Assembly (NCBI GenBank): GCA_016209105.1
Contig: JACQWR010000028.1
Span: 135,642 to 199,641, forward strand
DNA from: Deltaproteobacteria bacterium
GTDB taxonomy: Bacteria; Desulfobacterota; Syntrophia; Syntrophales; JACQWR01
DNA length: 64,000 bases
Direction: 5' to 3'
Shown here: one piece after another, positions 1-8,966 of the stretch
Position numbering within the stretch: the first letter of the stretch is position 1
How the letters are laid out: each line of letters opens with the position of its first letter
Position numbers and translations under genes: made by a program
The notes under the pieces: generated by a model
The model's input: the letters and a program-made list of their open reading frames with translations, nothing else
The model's database searches: none
Told to the model about the DNA's origin: nothing

Positions 1-783
1 GGGATTGTGAAAGGTAGAGATCCCTTCGTTCCTGAAGTTCCTGTTGATTTCGTACACCCGTTCCATGCCGCCCGTGATGAGACGCTTCAAGTACAGTTCC
101 GGTGCTATGCGCAGGTAGAGGTCTATTCCCAGCGTGTTATGGTGTGTCTTGAAGGGACGCGCCACGGCCCCGCCCGCCTTCGGTTGCATCATGGGAGTTT
201 CCACCTCAAGGAAATCACGGTCTTCCATGAACTGACGGATAAGCTTGATAATCCGGCTGCGCAGATGAAAAACCTGCTGTACGTTCGGATTTACGATGAG
301 GTCGAGATACCTCTGGCGGTACCGTGTCTCGATGTCGGTAAGCCCGTGCCATTTTTCCGGCAGGGGGTGGATCGCTTTTGACAGGAGCTTGAGTTCATCA
401 ACGTCTATGGTCAATTCGTTTGTTTTGGTCTTGAACAGCTTGCCGGCGATAAAGACGATATCGCCCATGTCGAGCTTCTTGAAAAGGCTGAAAGCCTTTT
501 CACCGGCATTATTCTTCCGTATGAGGGCCTGAATCCGTCCTTTCCGATCCTGGAGGTTAATGAAGGCGCCCTTGCCGAAATCCCGTATGGCCATGAGCCT
601 GCCGGCGAGCGTAAATCTCGACCCGATCTGAGCCAGGGCTTCATTGTCCATATGCGCATAGCGACTGATGATGTCGGCCGTTGTATCGGTAACCCGCACC
701 CCATTGGGATACAATTCGATGCCGTCGGCTTTCAGCGAGTCTATTTTTTCCCTGCGTTTTCTGATCAGTTCGCTTTCTTCCAT
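1..783 (-). CDS. lysS: Lysine--tRNA ligase (class II), N-terminal ~261 codons; the 3' end lies beyond the left edge
   Basis: Absent from the ORF track because it runs off the edge. My reverse translation from the ATG at 783-781 reads [28 protein letters not shown]... and reaches the window edge as ...[20 protein letters not shown], the class II motif-2 region typical of LysRS. Confidence 0.9.
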   Translation of the reverse strand, partial: MEESELIRKRREKIDSLKADGIELYPNGVRVTDTTADIISRYAHMDNEALAQIGSRFTLAGRLMAIRDFGKGAFINLQDRKGRIQALIRKNNAGEKAFSLFKKLDMGDIVFIAGKLFKTKTNELTIDVDELKLLSKAIHPLPEKWHGLTDIETRYRQRYLDLIVNPNVQQVFHLRSRIIKLIRQFMEDRDFLEVETPMMQPKAGGAVARPFKTHHNTLGIDLYLRIAPELYLKRLITGGMERVYEINRNFRNEGISTFHNP

Positions 784-949
784 ATGCCCACTTTTTCATT
801 CGGTTAAAACTGCTTAACTATATTTTTCATCCGGATTAGTCAAGAAGATTTGACTGCCGGAGGTCCGGCGCCGGTTCATTTTCGATTGCCAAGCGGACAG
901 AAGTTATGTATCATCCCCCCATAACCATGTTCGAGAAAGGGGTAAGACG

Positions 950-1366
950 ATGGTCAATAAGGCGATATTGATAGGCAGGCTTGGGGCGGACCCGGAAATA
1001 CGCTACACTCCCGACGGTATGATGGTGACCAACCTGAATTTGGCGACCAACGAGCAGAGGAAGGATAAAAACGGCGAAAAGGTTGTAAAAACGGAATGGC
1101 ACCGAATCGTCACCTTCGGCAAACTTGCAGAGATTTGCGGCAATTATCTTTCCAAAGGTAAGTTGGTGTTTATCGAGGGGAGGATTCAGACGCGCTCCTG
1201 GGAGGACAAAGAGGGCATCAAGCGGAGCACCACGGAGATCATTGCATCCAATATGCAGATGCTGGATTCAAAGGGCGGCGTGAAGGGGCAGGATAACACT
1301 CACGATAACCCATCCGCACATTTCAGCGGCGCCGACGCGCTGCCCGAAAACGATGTTCCCTTTTAA
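950..1366 (+). CDS. ssb: Single-stranded DNA-binding protein
   Basis: The sequence starts [23 protein letters not shown]...[40 protein letters not shown] (OB fold). It has a Gly/Asp-rich tail ending in the acidic tip NDVPF. Confidence 0.95.
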   Translation: MVNKAILIGRLGADPEIRYTPDGMMVTNLNLATNEQRKDKNGEKVVKTEWHRIVTFGKLAEICGNYLSKGKLVFIEGRIQTRSWEDKEGIKRSTTEIIASNMQMLDSKGGVKGQDNTHDNPSAHFSGADALPENDVPF

Positions 1367-1427
1367 TCTCTACGAGTTACATTCCCCGCCGCTTACGACG
1401 AAAAGAACATGATAATCCACAGAGATA

Positions 1428-1447
1428 CCCCGCGGCAAGCCGCGGGG
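1428..1447. repeat. Perfect 9-bp-stem GC palindrome CCCCGCGGC-AA-GCCGCGGGG between convergent ssb and tatA; member of the dispersed repeat family
   Basis: Read directly from the sequence. It is followed by GAGCTTCA, the conserved right end of the family, and has no U-tract. Confidence 0.7.
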
Positions 1448-1463
1448 AGCTTCAGGTCATGGG

Positions 1464-1655
1464 TTACTGTTTCTTATCATCTATCTTCTTGTTGTCAGGG
1501 GTCACGTCAATCTCATCAGGTTCGCGCAGGGACTTCTTGAAGTTTCTGATGCTCTTGCCTATCGCGCCGCCGATTTCAGGCAGTTTGCCGGCGCCGAAGA
1601 TTATCAGGACGATGACCATGATGATCAGTAATTCTGGCATACCGATTCCGAACAT
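1464..1655 (-). CDS. tatA: Twin-arginine translocase subunit TatA/E
   Basis: 63 aa: [43 protein letters not shown]..., i.e. the canonical TatA TM helix plus amphipathic helix. A GAGGAAGGG RBS lies upstream. Confidence 0.93.
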   Translation of the reverse strand: MFGIGMPELLIIMVIVLIIFGAGKLPEIGGAIGKSIRNFKKSLREPDEIDVTPDNKKIDDKKQ

Positions 1656-1769
1656 ATTTTATCCCTTCCTCTTTATTAGCTGCCGTACAGGTTCTTATCT
1701 TAGACGAGGGGGTTTTTTTTGTCAAATAGATTATCGGCCGGTAGATTAATTATTTTAGCGGGAAACTTC

Positions 1770-2723
1770 CTATGGTAGGTTTAAATGGATCACTTCTCCT
1801 GATTTTCCCAGGCTTCCCATGGACTTTCCTTGAAATTCCACATCAATTCCACCGGCATTGCCGATATCCACCTGGAACGACTTCGTTGCGCTGCGATCAA
1901 TTTTGTCGCCGGGCTTGAGCAGGATTTCATAAGGGGGATTCTGATCCGACACTATCTTAAGCCATGTCAACTCCCTTGCGGTGATGCTCAAACGGTATCG
2001 CGCCAATGAAAGGGCCTCTTTCTGGCGGTTCTGGTCCCCGCTCACGGCAACGGGTATCGGAGTCGGTGCTTTAACGGTTTCCACAACAGGGTCTTTCTGT
2101 TGGACTACTTTGGGGGGAACAGGCGCTTTTTCAGTAACGACGGGCGCCGTTTCGATGGTTGAAGCGGCCGTGCTGACATCGGCAGGCGGTACCTCCTGAC
2201 TCGAACCATCCACGACCTTTGTCGTCTGGGGAGGATGGACCGGGGCGCTTACGTCCATCTCAGTTTTGTCATGGAGGGCAAAGGACAGGAAGATCAGGGA
2301 GCAAAAAATGAGGATAGCAATTGACCAGATCAGCACGGGAGGGGAAAGGGCTTTTTTCTGCGCCGATATCTTTGCCTGCTCTTCCGGCAATGTTTCCTTA
2401 AGGCTTTCCAAGTGTTTGGCGTAACGTTCGAGGATATTCTTGCTGTCCACACCCAGGGCTTTGGCGTATGTTTTTATGAATGTTTTTGTGTAAACAGGTG
2501 CGGGGAGGAGATGCAGGTCGTTGTTTTCAATGGCTTCAAGATTTACGACACTGATTCTTGTTATCTTGAAGATATCTTTCAGGGTAAGGCCCTTGGATTC
2601 TCTGATGGCTTTTAAATCCAGTGCGCTGCCAGCGTTATCGTCATTGTTGTCCGGGAGCAAACTGTAGTTGTTTTGAACCATAGGCACCCAGTAGCATATG
2701 TAATTTGGCACTTTTACCATCAT
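1770..2723 (-). CDS. rodZ: RodZ-like cytoskeleton protein (XRE-type HTH, single TM, Pro/Val-rich linker, C-terminal DUF4115-like domain)
   Basis: HTH segment LKAIRESKGLTLKDIFKITRISVVNLEAIENNDLHLLPAPVYTKTFIKTYAKAL, TM segment LIWSIAILIFCSLIFLSFAL, and a C-terminal beta domain. The start codon is uncertain (M1, M2 or M15). Confidence 0.7.
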   Translation of the reverse strand: MMVKVPNYICYWVPMVQNNYSLLPDNNDDNAGSALDLKAIRESKGLTLKDIFKITRISVVNLEAIENNDLHLLPAPVYTKTFIKTYAKALGVDSKNILERYAKHLESLKETLPEEQAKISAQKKALSPPVLIWSIAILIFCSLIFLSFALHDKTEMDVSAPVHPPQTTKVVDGSSQEVPPADVSTAASTIETAPVVTEKAPVPPKVVQQKDPVVETVKAPTPIPVAVSGDQNRQKEALSLARYRLSITARELTWLKIVSDQNPPYEILLKPGDKIDRSATKSFQVDIGNAGGIDVEFQGKSMGSLGKSGEVIHLNLP

Positions 2724-2826
2724 TTTTCATATCATGCAACAACAAAAATTATAAAGTTCAGGGAACGATTCGGCTGGTTTTTCTGGCGTATCGCAGCATT
2801 TTATGGTCAAATCAATTTGACCGGGG

Positions 2827-2867
2827 GCGCCCCTTAACCCCGCCTCCAAGGCGGGGTTAAGGGGCGC
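2827..2867. repeat. Perfect 18-bp-stem / 5-nt-loop palindrome in the rodZ-suhB divergent spacer
   Basis: GCGCCCCTTAACCCCGCC-TCCAA-GGCGGGGTTAAGGGGCGC. I checked the arms base by base and they are exact reverse complements. Confidence 0.85.
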
Positions 2868-3021
2868 AAGGGCGGGAGCCTCACTATTGGTTAGAAGTTC
2901 CCCTTAAGTAAACTGCGGAGAATCTTTCATTCAAAAAAAATAGGGGCGTTAAGCATGCGCCCGTTGACGGACGTAATTCCCCCCTGTTTTTCAGGGGCCT
3001 CGGTAATTGCATGGAGATTTT

Positions 3022-3807
3022 ATGCGTAAATTCAGAGAGTTTGCCGTTTGCACTGCCAGGGAGGCAGGTGCAATTTTAAAAAGCAGGTTCAATGATACCC
3101 ATACGGTTGATTATAAAGGGGAGATCAATATTGTTACCGAGGCAGATCTGCAGTCGGAGAAAATGATTAAAACCCGCATCAGTCAGACTTTCCCAGGGCA
3201 TGACATCGTGGCGGAGGAATCACCGGAAACCGATTATGGTTCGGAATTCCGCTGGATTATCGATCCTCTCGATGGAACGACGAATTACGCCCACGGCTAT
3301 CCAATTTTTTGCGTATCCATTGCATTGGAAAAAAAGGGAGAAATAGCGTTGGGAGTCATCTATAATCCCATGCTCGACGAATTATTTGTGACGGAACGGG
3401 GAGGGGGCTGCTTTTTAAACGACGAGAAACTTTCCATTTCCGAGACGTCCGATCTTTCCCGGAGTCTTCTGGCGACCGGCTTTCCTTACGACATTCGGGA
3501 ATCGAAAAATAACAATATCAATTATTTTAATGCCATGGCGATGAAGGCTCAAGCGATACGCCGCGCCGGCTCCGCGGCCCTCGATATGGCCTACGTTGCG
3601 GCGGGCCGTTTTGACGGTTTCTGGGAACTGAAGCTTAAACCATGGGATACTGCTGCGGCCTGGCTCATGATTACCGAGGCGGGAGGTATCGTGACGGATC
3701 TCCGCGGCCGTGATTTCCGCCTTGAATCTCCCCACATACTTGCCTCAAATGGAAAAATACACCGGGAGATGCTCGAAATAATGAACCGGGCGGCGAACGT
3801 GTGCTGA
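3022..3807 (+). CDS. suhB: Inositol monophosphatase family protein (SuhB-like)
   Basis: Shows the motifs VTEADLQSEK, HDIVAEES and WIIDPLDGTTNYAHGYP of the IMPase fold. The ORF-track start at 3007 is TTG; I prefer the ATG at 3022 (MRKFREF...). Confidence 0.88.
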   Translation: MRKFREFAVCTAREAGAILKSRFNDTHTVDYKGEINIVTEADLQSEKMIKTRISQTFPGHDIVAEESPETDYGSEFRWIIDPLDGTTNYAHGYPIFCVSIALEKKGEIALGVIYNPMLDELFVTERGGGCFLNDEKLSISETSDLSRSLLATGFPYDIRESKNNNINYFNAMAMKAQAIRRAGSAALDMAYVAAGRFDGFWELKLKPWDTAAAWLMITEAGGIVTDLRGRDFRLESPHILASNGKIHREMLEIMNRAANVC

Positions 3808-3820
3808 ACGGTAGGCTTCC

Positions 3821-3941
3821 GGATTGAATTCAGCAGTGAGCCTATTCTCCGCGGCTTGCCGCCGGGTAAGCAAGCGAATGATGAAAGATGATGTTCCTCA
3901 GGAATCGAAGCGCTCCGCAGCGTGTTCAAGGAGAGCTTCAA
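3821..3941 (+). repeat. Long-form (~121 bp) intergenic repeat, copy A, starting 14 nt after the suhB stop
   Basis: Aligns by eye over its full length with the reverse complement of 4867-4993. Shared blocks are TTGAATTC, CTTGCCGC(C/G)GGGTAAGC(A/G)AGCGAATGATGAAAGATGA, AATCGAAG and CTCCGCAGCGTG(T/C)TCAAGGAGAGCTTCAA. Confidence 0.85.
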
Positions 3942-4010
3942 ATTTTCCCCCTGCTTACTGAAGAAGGGCCTCAATAAAACAGCACATTGTCGGCAGATAG
4001 ATAGTGGCGC

Positions 4011-4406
4011 TCACGCTGCCGGGATTACGCTTACCATCACTCTTCTTGTCCTCGGACCGTCAAACTCACAGAAGAAAATAGACTGCCAGGTCCCCAGGGC
4101 AAGTTCTCCCTCTTCCACCAGAATAGTTTCGGAGGCGCCGATCAGGGATGCCTTCACATGGGCGGCGGAGTTTCCCTCCGAGTGGCGGTAATTGTTGCTG
4201 AGCGGTATCAGCTTGTCCAGTACGGTGAGGATGTCTCGGGGGACATCCGGGTCGGCATTTTCGTTGATAGTAACGGCGGCTGTCGTGTGGGGAACGAATA
4301 CGTGGCAGACGCCGTTAAGGATGTTGCTTTTCCTCAGGGCGCTCCGCACGCCGTCCGTAATGTCCACCATTTCAAATTGCGACCGTGTGTTTATTGTAAA
4401 AATCAT
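4011..4406 (-). CDS. yjbQ: YjbQ/UPF0047 family protein (secondary thiamine-phosphate synthase-like)
   Basis: MIFTINTRSQFEMVDITDGVRSAL...VCHVFVPHTTAAVTINENADPDV..D......HSEGNSAAHVKASLIGAS matches the UPF0047 pattern. I trimmed the ORF-track start (4457) because 4411-4457 is a repeat copy. Confidence 0.8.
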   Translation of the reverse strand: MIFTINTRSQFEMVDITDGVRSALRKSNILNGVCHVFVPHTTAAVTINENADPDVPRDILTVLDKLIPLSNNYRHSEGNSAAHVKASLIGASETILVEEGELALGTWQSIFFCEFDGPRTRRVMVSVIPAA

Positions 4407-4410
4407 AGTT

Positions 4411-4457
4411 GAATTCTGCAGCGCGCATTTCCCGCAGCTTGCCGCGGGGAGCTTCAA
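4411..4457 (+). repeat. Short-form (~47 bp) copy of the same repeat; the left and right ends of the long form are joined
   Basis: GAATTCTGCAGCGCGCATTTCCCGCAGCTTGCCGCGGGGAGCTTCAA. Its left half matches the left end of the long form and it finishes with the GAGCTTCAA right end. Confidence 0.75.
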
Positions 4458-4510
4458 TCCACGTTCCTCTGCGAATAAGCGGCATGAAACCGGGATAGGC
4501 GAGGGAATTT

Positions 4511-4840
4511 TTACGCAACGCCTTTTTTAACCAGGGTTTCCAGGCGTTCCTTTGCCACGAGGCCTATGATGGTGTCTTGAACCTTTCCCCCTTTGAAAAG
4601 CATCAGCGTCGGTATGCTCCGAACGCCATAGGTTGCCGGCGTCTTTTGATTTTCATCAATGTTTACCTTTACGAAGTTAACCTGATCGCCGTAGGCAGCC
4701 GCTATCTCATCAATAATCGGCGCCATTCCCCGACAGGGTCCGCACCAGGGAGCCCAGAAATCAACCAGGGTCGGTTTGTCGGATTTTATTACCTTCTGTT
4801 CGAAATCAGCGTCGCTCACATTGCTTACTTTTTCACTCAT
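4511..4840 (-). CDS. trxA: Thioredoxin
   Basis: MSEKVSNVSDADFEQKVIKSDKPTLVDFWAPWCGPCRGMAPIIDEIA... contains the WCGPC active site. The 32-codon N-terminal extension in the ORF track lies inside repeat copy B, so I trimmed it. Confidence 0.95.
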   Translation of the reverse strand: MSEKVSNVSDADFEQKVIKSDKPTLVDFWAPWCGPCRGMAPIIDEIAAAYGDQVNFVKVNIDENQKTPATYGVRSIPTLMLFKGGKVQDTIIGLVAKERLETLVKKGVA

Positions 4841-4866
4841 CTCATTACCTCTCGGCTTGTTTGTTA

Positions 4867-4993
4867 TTGAAGCTCTCCTTGAGCACGCTGCGGAGAATCT
4901 TCGATTCCTCTCCTCAGGAACGTCATCTTTCATCATTCGCTCGCTTACCCCGCGGCAAGTCGCGGGAAATGCCGGGTGAGCGAATTCAACCGG
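4867..4993 (-). repeat. Long-form (~127 bp) intergenic repeat, copy B, inverted relative to copy A
   Basis: See 3821-3941. It carries a 5-nt insertion and a few substitutions relative to copy A. Confidence 0.85.
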
Positions 4994-5055
4994 CCCGCAA
5001 TTCTTGGTGACGGTTTACGCTGTTTCTGTCGTGCATTCCTCTGTGTCCTCTCGCA

Positions 5056-5086
5056 TATATATGGATACGGTTCGTCCAAATGTCAA
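5056..5086 (-). promoter_or_regulatory. Candidate sigma70 promoter for trxA (TTGACA -35, AT-rich -10 CATATATAT region 17-19 nt downstream)
   Basis: Minus strand reads TCTCTTGACATTTGGACGAACCGTATCCATATATATGCG. This would place repeat copy B in a ~200-nt trxA leader. Confidence 0.35.
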
Positions 5087-5188
5087 GAGAGAAAACGAAC
5101 GACTCGGTAACACGTGAAGGTATGCGCCTCGGCAGCGGCATTTCACTTTTTCCGAGACCATCAATATTTCCAACAGGCGCTCTTTGTG

Positions 5189-5968
5189 TCAGGTGGAGAT
5201 GGTATCCGGTGCTACCCGTACGCGTAGCGCGTCAAGCAGGGTTTCCCTATCAGAAAAGGCGTCTTTATCCGGCGCCTCCGGACGGGAAACAACCACGAGG
5301 ACGCATCCTTCCCGGCGGGCGGCTTCGAGTTTGGCATCAACGCCGCCGGGCGTTCCGCTGTCTTTCGTTACGACGACACCGATGCCGAATTTCTCAATTA
5401 TCTTCGTATTCTGTTCGAGGGAAAAAGGGCCGCGTCCCAAGATGATGTTTTCCTCGGGGATGCCCGCAGTACGGCACGCCTGCAATGATTCCCGTGTATT
5501 GAGGACACGCGCGACGAGAGTAACGCCCGTTTGCCAAGCCGCGGCTGCGTAGGGGGAGATATTCCGGGAGCCCGTTGTAAGAAAAACGGGACGGCCGAGA
5601 GAAAAAGCGAGTGTCGCGGCCTCCGCGTGATCACGGGCAGTGAGGACGTCTTCACCGGGAGGAATTGCCCGCGGTCTTACGTAGGTAAAATAGGGGATGC
5701 GGGAGACTTTTGCTGCCTTTTCGGCATTGGTGCGCGCCGCTTTGGCATAGGGATGGGTGGCATCAACGACGGCGCGAATCCCGTGCCTGCTGATGAGTTC
5801 GACAAGTCCGCGTTCATCGAGCGGTCCTGTTCTCCTCTCGATACGGGGATGGCTCCCCGTATCGAGGGCGGTGTCGGTGGCCGTCGAGACGAGGATGCCG
5901 TATCCCGCTTCGGCAAGCATGGTCGCAAGCGATGCGGTTTCCGCTGTTCCGCCGAGGAGCAGAATCAT
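5189..5968 (-). CDS. cbiJ: Cobalt-precorrin-6A reductase
   Basis: MILLLGGTAETASLATMLAEAG....VDATHPYA....N...A......IPY..Y.RP... is the CbiJ/CobK pattern. The start may alternatively be the ATG at 6028. Confidence 0.88.
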   Translation of the reverse strand: MILLLGGTAETASLATMLAEAGYGILVSTATDTALDTGSHPRIERRTGPLDERGLVELISRHGIRAVVDATHPYAKAARTNAEKAAKVSRIPYFTYVRPRAIPPGEDVLTARDHAEAATLAFSLGRPVFLTTGSRNISPYAAAAWQTGVTLVARVLNTRESLQACRTAGIPEENIILGRGPFSLEQNTKIIEKFGIGVVVTKDSGTPGGVDAKLEAARREGCVLVVVSRPEAPDKDAFSDRETLLDALRVRVAPDTIST

Positions 5969-5999
5969 CGCCGAAGTCGTCCTCCAATGGGGAAAATCG

Positions 6000-6716
6000 T
6001 CATAGTGTGTATCCCCGGGGAGTGACAAACCAGCTCCCCAGATGCCGCGATGAGGTGTTGCCGATGATGACGATGCTTCTCATGCCGATCGAGAGCGTCA
6101 GGAAATTATCCAGATCAGAGAGCATAATGATCTCCTCATCCGTTCCCACGGCCGTTCCCACCCCCACCGGTATTTTCCCGGGACGGTACCGGCGAAAAAT
6201 GGCGGCGGCCTCATCGAGTTGTTTCCTGCGGTTTTTGCTGCGGGGGTTGTAGAGCACCGTGACCAGATCGGCGGATGCAACCGCCTGTAACCGTGCTCGG
6301 ATGGTTTCCCAGGGAACGAGGAGGTCGCTTAAGCTGATGGTGGCAAAATCGCACATGAGCGGCGCCCCCAGTCTTGCAGCAGCTGCATTTGATGATGATA
6401 CTCCGGGTATAATTTCAATGCCGAGGTTGGATTTGCTTGCGACGGAAAGTTCCAGGACTAATCCCGCCATACCGTAAACCCCCGGATCTCCCGAGGAGAC
6501 CAGGCAGACTTCCTGCCCCCGGGACGCCCGTTCAATCGCCGTCCGGCAGCGCTCCACTTCCTGTGTCATGCACGTTGCGATTAGCTCTTTCCCGGACGTA
6601 AGATCTCCTATCAGTTCCAGGTAGCGCCTGTAGCCGATGACCACCTCACTGCGGGATATTGTCAGTTCGGCGCGCCGCGTCCGGTCTAAGGGACCGCCGG
6701 GCCCGATTCCGACCAC
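6000..6716 (-). CDS. cbiH: Cobalt-factor III / precorrin-3B C17-methyltransferase
   Basis: VGIGPGGPLDRTRRAELTISRSEVVIGYRRYLELI...VCLVSSGDPGVYGMAG is a tetrapyrrole methylase fold of CbiH length. GTG start. Confidence 0.88.
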   Translation of the reverse strand: MVGIGPGGPLDRTRRAELTISRSEVVIGYRRYLELIGDLTSGKELIATCMTQEVERCRTAIERASRGQEVCLVSSGDPGVYGMAGLVLELSVASKSNLGIEIIPGVSSSNAAAARLGAPLMCDFATISLSDLLVPWETIRARLQAVASADLVTVLYNPRSKNRRKQLDEAAAIFRRYRPGKIPVGVGTAVGTDEEIIMLSDLDNFLTLSIGMRSIVIIGNTSSRHLGSWFVTPRGYTL

Positions 6717-7486
6717 GGAAAGCTTTCCCTGGCGATGGCTATGGTTATGCCGTTGCAGGTTTTTCGGGGAAGTAGTAATTGTGTCCTCCTTCCCGCCAGC
6801 AGCGCCGCAGGCTCGGCGACGGCCGGCAGATCAATTTTTTCCGCGGCCAGGGCCGAGGGGGTAAACTCCCTCAAACAGGCGCGTATTTCCGCGGATCTTA
6901 CGATCCTGAGCGGGATGCCAAGTGTCTGAGCGGCGAGGATGAGCCCCGGTTCCCGGGCCTTCACCTCGGCGGTGGCAAGAAACCGTACCTGCTCCGGAAG
7001 AGCTCCCTCCTCGGCAAGGGCCTCCGTTATGGCGGAGACGATTCGCCCTGCTTCCACGCCGCGGCGGCATCCCACCCCGACTATGAGCGGCTTCAGGGCT
7101 TCCGTGGTCGTGGTGATTACCGGTTCCGCACCGATAATGTTGGCGGTCCGGAGCGTGAGATCGTTCGCCCCCCCCTCGTGACCGCCGAGGAGACTTATGG
7201 CGTATCTCCCGCCCGCATCCATTGCCACTACGGCCGGATCTTCATATTTGCTTCCGATGTGGGGGGCTACTGCCCGGATCACCACGCCGCAGGGAGCGAC
7301 GTACAGCAGGCCTTCGTACCGACGAAAAATTTCGGCCGTAAGGGTCCGGATGCTGCTGAATTGTTTTGCTCCGGGATAGGGGGGCGCTTTTTCATGAACA
7401 TAGATATCGCTCCCCGTCAGTTCCCGCGCGATGAGCGCGATAAGCCGCCCCCCTTCCGGGGAGAGTGTAATGAGCGCGATTTTCAC
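6686..7486 (-). CDS. cbiG: Cobalt-precorrin-5A hydrolase
   Basis: MKIALITLSPEGGRLIALIAREL... with a C-terminal LIVGVGCRRG...AT...K..E.G segment typical of CbiG. GTGA overlap with the cbiF stop. Confidence 0.82.
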   Translation of the reverse strand: MKIALITLSPEGGRLIALIARELTGSDIYVHEKAPPYPGAKQFSSIRTLTAEIFRRYEGLLYVAPCGVVIRAVAPHIGSKYEDPAVVAMDAGGRYAISLLGGHEGGANDLTLRTANIIGAEPVITTTTEALKPLIVGVGCRRGVEAGRIVSAITEALAEEGALPEQVRFLATAEVKAREPGLILAAQTLGIPLRIVRSAEIRACLREFTPSALAAEKIDLPAVAEPAALLAGRRTQLLLPRKTCNGITIAIARESFPWSESGPAVP

Positions 7487-8241
7487 GTCTCACCTCCCGC
7501 GCGATAGCCGTGGGAAAAGGAATCGCTGTAGAGCCGGGAGGGGGGAATATGACGGGACAGGGCTTCTCCCACGATAATGATGGTGGTTGACTTGAGTCCT
7601 GCGGCCTCGACGCGTCCGGCTATGTCTGCGAGCGTTCCCCGGATGACCTGCTGTTCGGGCCAGGAAACACGGTGGACGACCGCCACGGGGCACCCGGCCC
7701 CGTAGTGGGGTGTCAGCTCAGCGGTGATTTCCGCAATTGTCTGGACGGAAAGAAAGATACAGAGTGTCGCGTGCGTCTCCGCCAGGCGGGCAAGGGCCTG
7801 CAACTCGGGAAGCGGCGTGCGTCCCGCCGCCCGCGTCAGGATGACGGTTTGGGATGTTTCCGGGGCGGTCAGTTCCGTACAGAGGACGGCTGCAGCTGCC
7901 TGAAAGGAGCTCACCCCGGGAACGACTTCATACCCTACGCCCAGTTCGTCGAGGGCGTTCATCTGCTCGCGGATGGCCCCGTAGAGCGAGGGATCGCCCG
8001 AGTGCAGGCGTACGACGTCCCGGTCGTTTGCGCGCGCCTCGTTAAAGAGTCCGACAATTTCGGCGAGCGTCATACGGGCCGAATCCTCCTTCCGGGCCGC
8101 TGCCGGGATCAATGCCACAACGGCGGGGCTGACGAGAGAGCCGGCGTAGATACAGAGGTCGCAGGCCTTGAGGAGCCGTTCCGCTTTGATCGTCAGTAAT
8201 TCCGGATCACCGGGGCCGGCGCCGATAAAATAGACTTTCAT
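7483..8241 (-). CDS. cbiF: Cobalt-precorrin-4 C11-methyltransferase
   Basis: MKVYFIGAGPGDPELLTIKAERLLKACDLCIYAGSLV....VVRLHSGDPSLYGA. ATGA overlap with cbiL. Confidence 0.9.
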   Translation of the reverse strand: MKVYFIGAGPGDPELLTIKAERLLKACDLCIYAGSLVSPAVVALIPAAARKEDSARMTLAEIVGLFNEARANDRDVVRLHSGDPSLYGAIREQMNALDELGVGYEVVPGVSSFQAAAAVLCTELTAPETSQTVILTRAAGRTPLPELQALARLAETHATLCIFLSVQTIAEITAELTPHYGAGCPVAVVHRVSWPEQQVIRGTLADIAGRVEAAGLKSTTIIIVGEALSRHIPPSRLYSDSFSHGYRAGGET

Positions 8242-8966
8242 GGTTCATTTCTCCTTCCCGCATGAACCAGGATAATGGACAGGTATCCCGTTTCGGAATC
8301 CTGCATCTCCATATTTTTCAGGTTTGTTTCGATCCGCTGTCCCGATAAGCCGGCCCGGGATACGAAAACCCCCTGTCCGATAAGGCCCATTTCCCGGAGC
8401 AGTCCAATGATTTCCTGCAGCCGTTTTCCGATCTTCATGATGATTACCGTTCCGCCGCCGGCAAGGGCGCGCCGCACCGTCTGAAGGTCGTCCGAAGACG
8501 GTATGATGGTAACGGGCTCCTTTGCCTCGCCTATGGGGAATTCGGTCAGCGAAGCGGCTGCGCTGAAGGCGGTGATACCCGGCACCGTCATAGTCTTCAG
8601 ATCGGGGCACATCTCCCTCAGGGCGCGGAGCAGGTAAATATAGGTGGAGTACAGGAGAGGATCGCCCAGGGTGAGAAAGCACACGTCCTCGCCGCTCTTG
8701 AGCACGGCGGCCACCTCCCCGGCGGATTCCTTCCAGCGCTCGGACAGTTCCCCCCGGTCCACGGTCATGGGGAAAAGGAGCTCATGGATAGCGGCGTCAT
8801 GACGCAGGCACCGGCGGGCGATAGCCATGGCAATGCTTTCGGCGGCAGTCCGGGCCTTCGGCACAAAAACATGTCGGCAGTTTCCGATGAGCCGTGCCCC
8901 CTTCAGCGTGATCAGTTCGGGATCGCCGGGGCCGATGCCGATCCCATAGAGTGTTCCCAGGGTCAT
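8238..8966 (-). CDS. cbiL: Cobalt-factor II / precorrin-2 C20-methyltransferase
   Basis: LYGIGIGPGDPELITLKGARLIGNCRHVFVPK...CFLTLGDPLLYSTYIYL. Confidence 0.88.
   Translation of the reverse strand: MTLGTLYGIGIGPGDPELITLKGARLIGNCRHVFVPKARTAAESIAMAIARRCLRHDAAIHELLFPMTVDRGELSERWKESAGEVAAVLKSGEDVCFLTLGDPLLYSTYIYLLRALREMCPDLKTMTVPGITAFSAAASLTEFPIGEAKEPVTIIPSSDDLQTVRRALAGGGTVIIMKIGKRLQEIIGLLREMGLIGQGVFVSRAGLSGQRIETNLKNMEMQDSETGYLSIILVHAGRRNEP

Noticed and set aside
7-381. A 124-aa plus-strand ORF at the left edge
   Set aside because: It is antisense to the clearly recognisable lysS coding sequence and resembles no family I know.
4841-4936. Extended N-termini of trxA (to 4936), yjbQ (to 4457), the bicupin (to 27946), the HIT protein (from 52235), rpsB (from 61086), tctC (to 34547), cbiC (to 15749), lipA/lipB, lpdA and aor
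   Set aside because: - The extensions run through intergenic repeats or upstream genes.
- They are not part of the conserved family N-termini.
- Internal starts have better RBS support or operon-style overlaps.
1428-4993. CRISPR array as an explanation for the recurring GC-rich palindromic repeats
   Set aside because: - The copies are irregularly spaced, in both orientations, of different lengths (20-127 bp) and separated by real genes.
- No cas genes are present.
3821-4993. Composite transposon or dedicated invertase-driven switch around yjbQ-trxA
   Set aside because: - No transposase, integrase or invertase gene is in or near the segment.
- I could identify no target-site duplication.
- I kept it only as a lower-confidence recombination-prone inverted-repeat finding.
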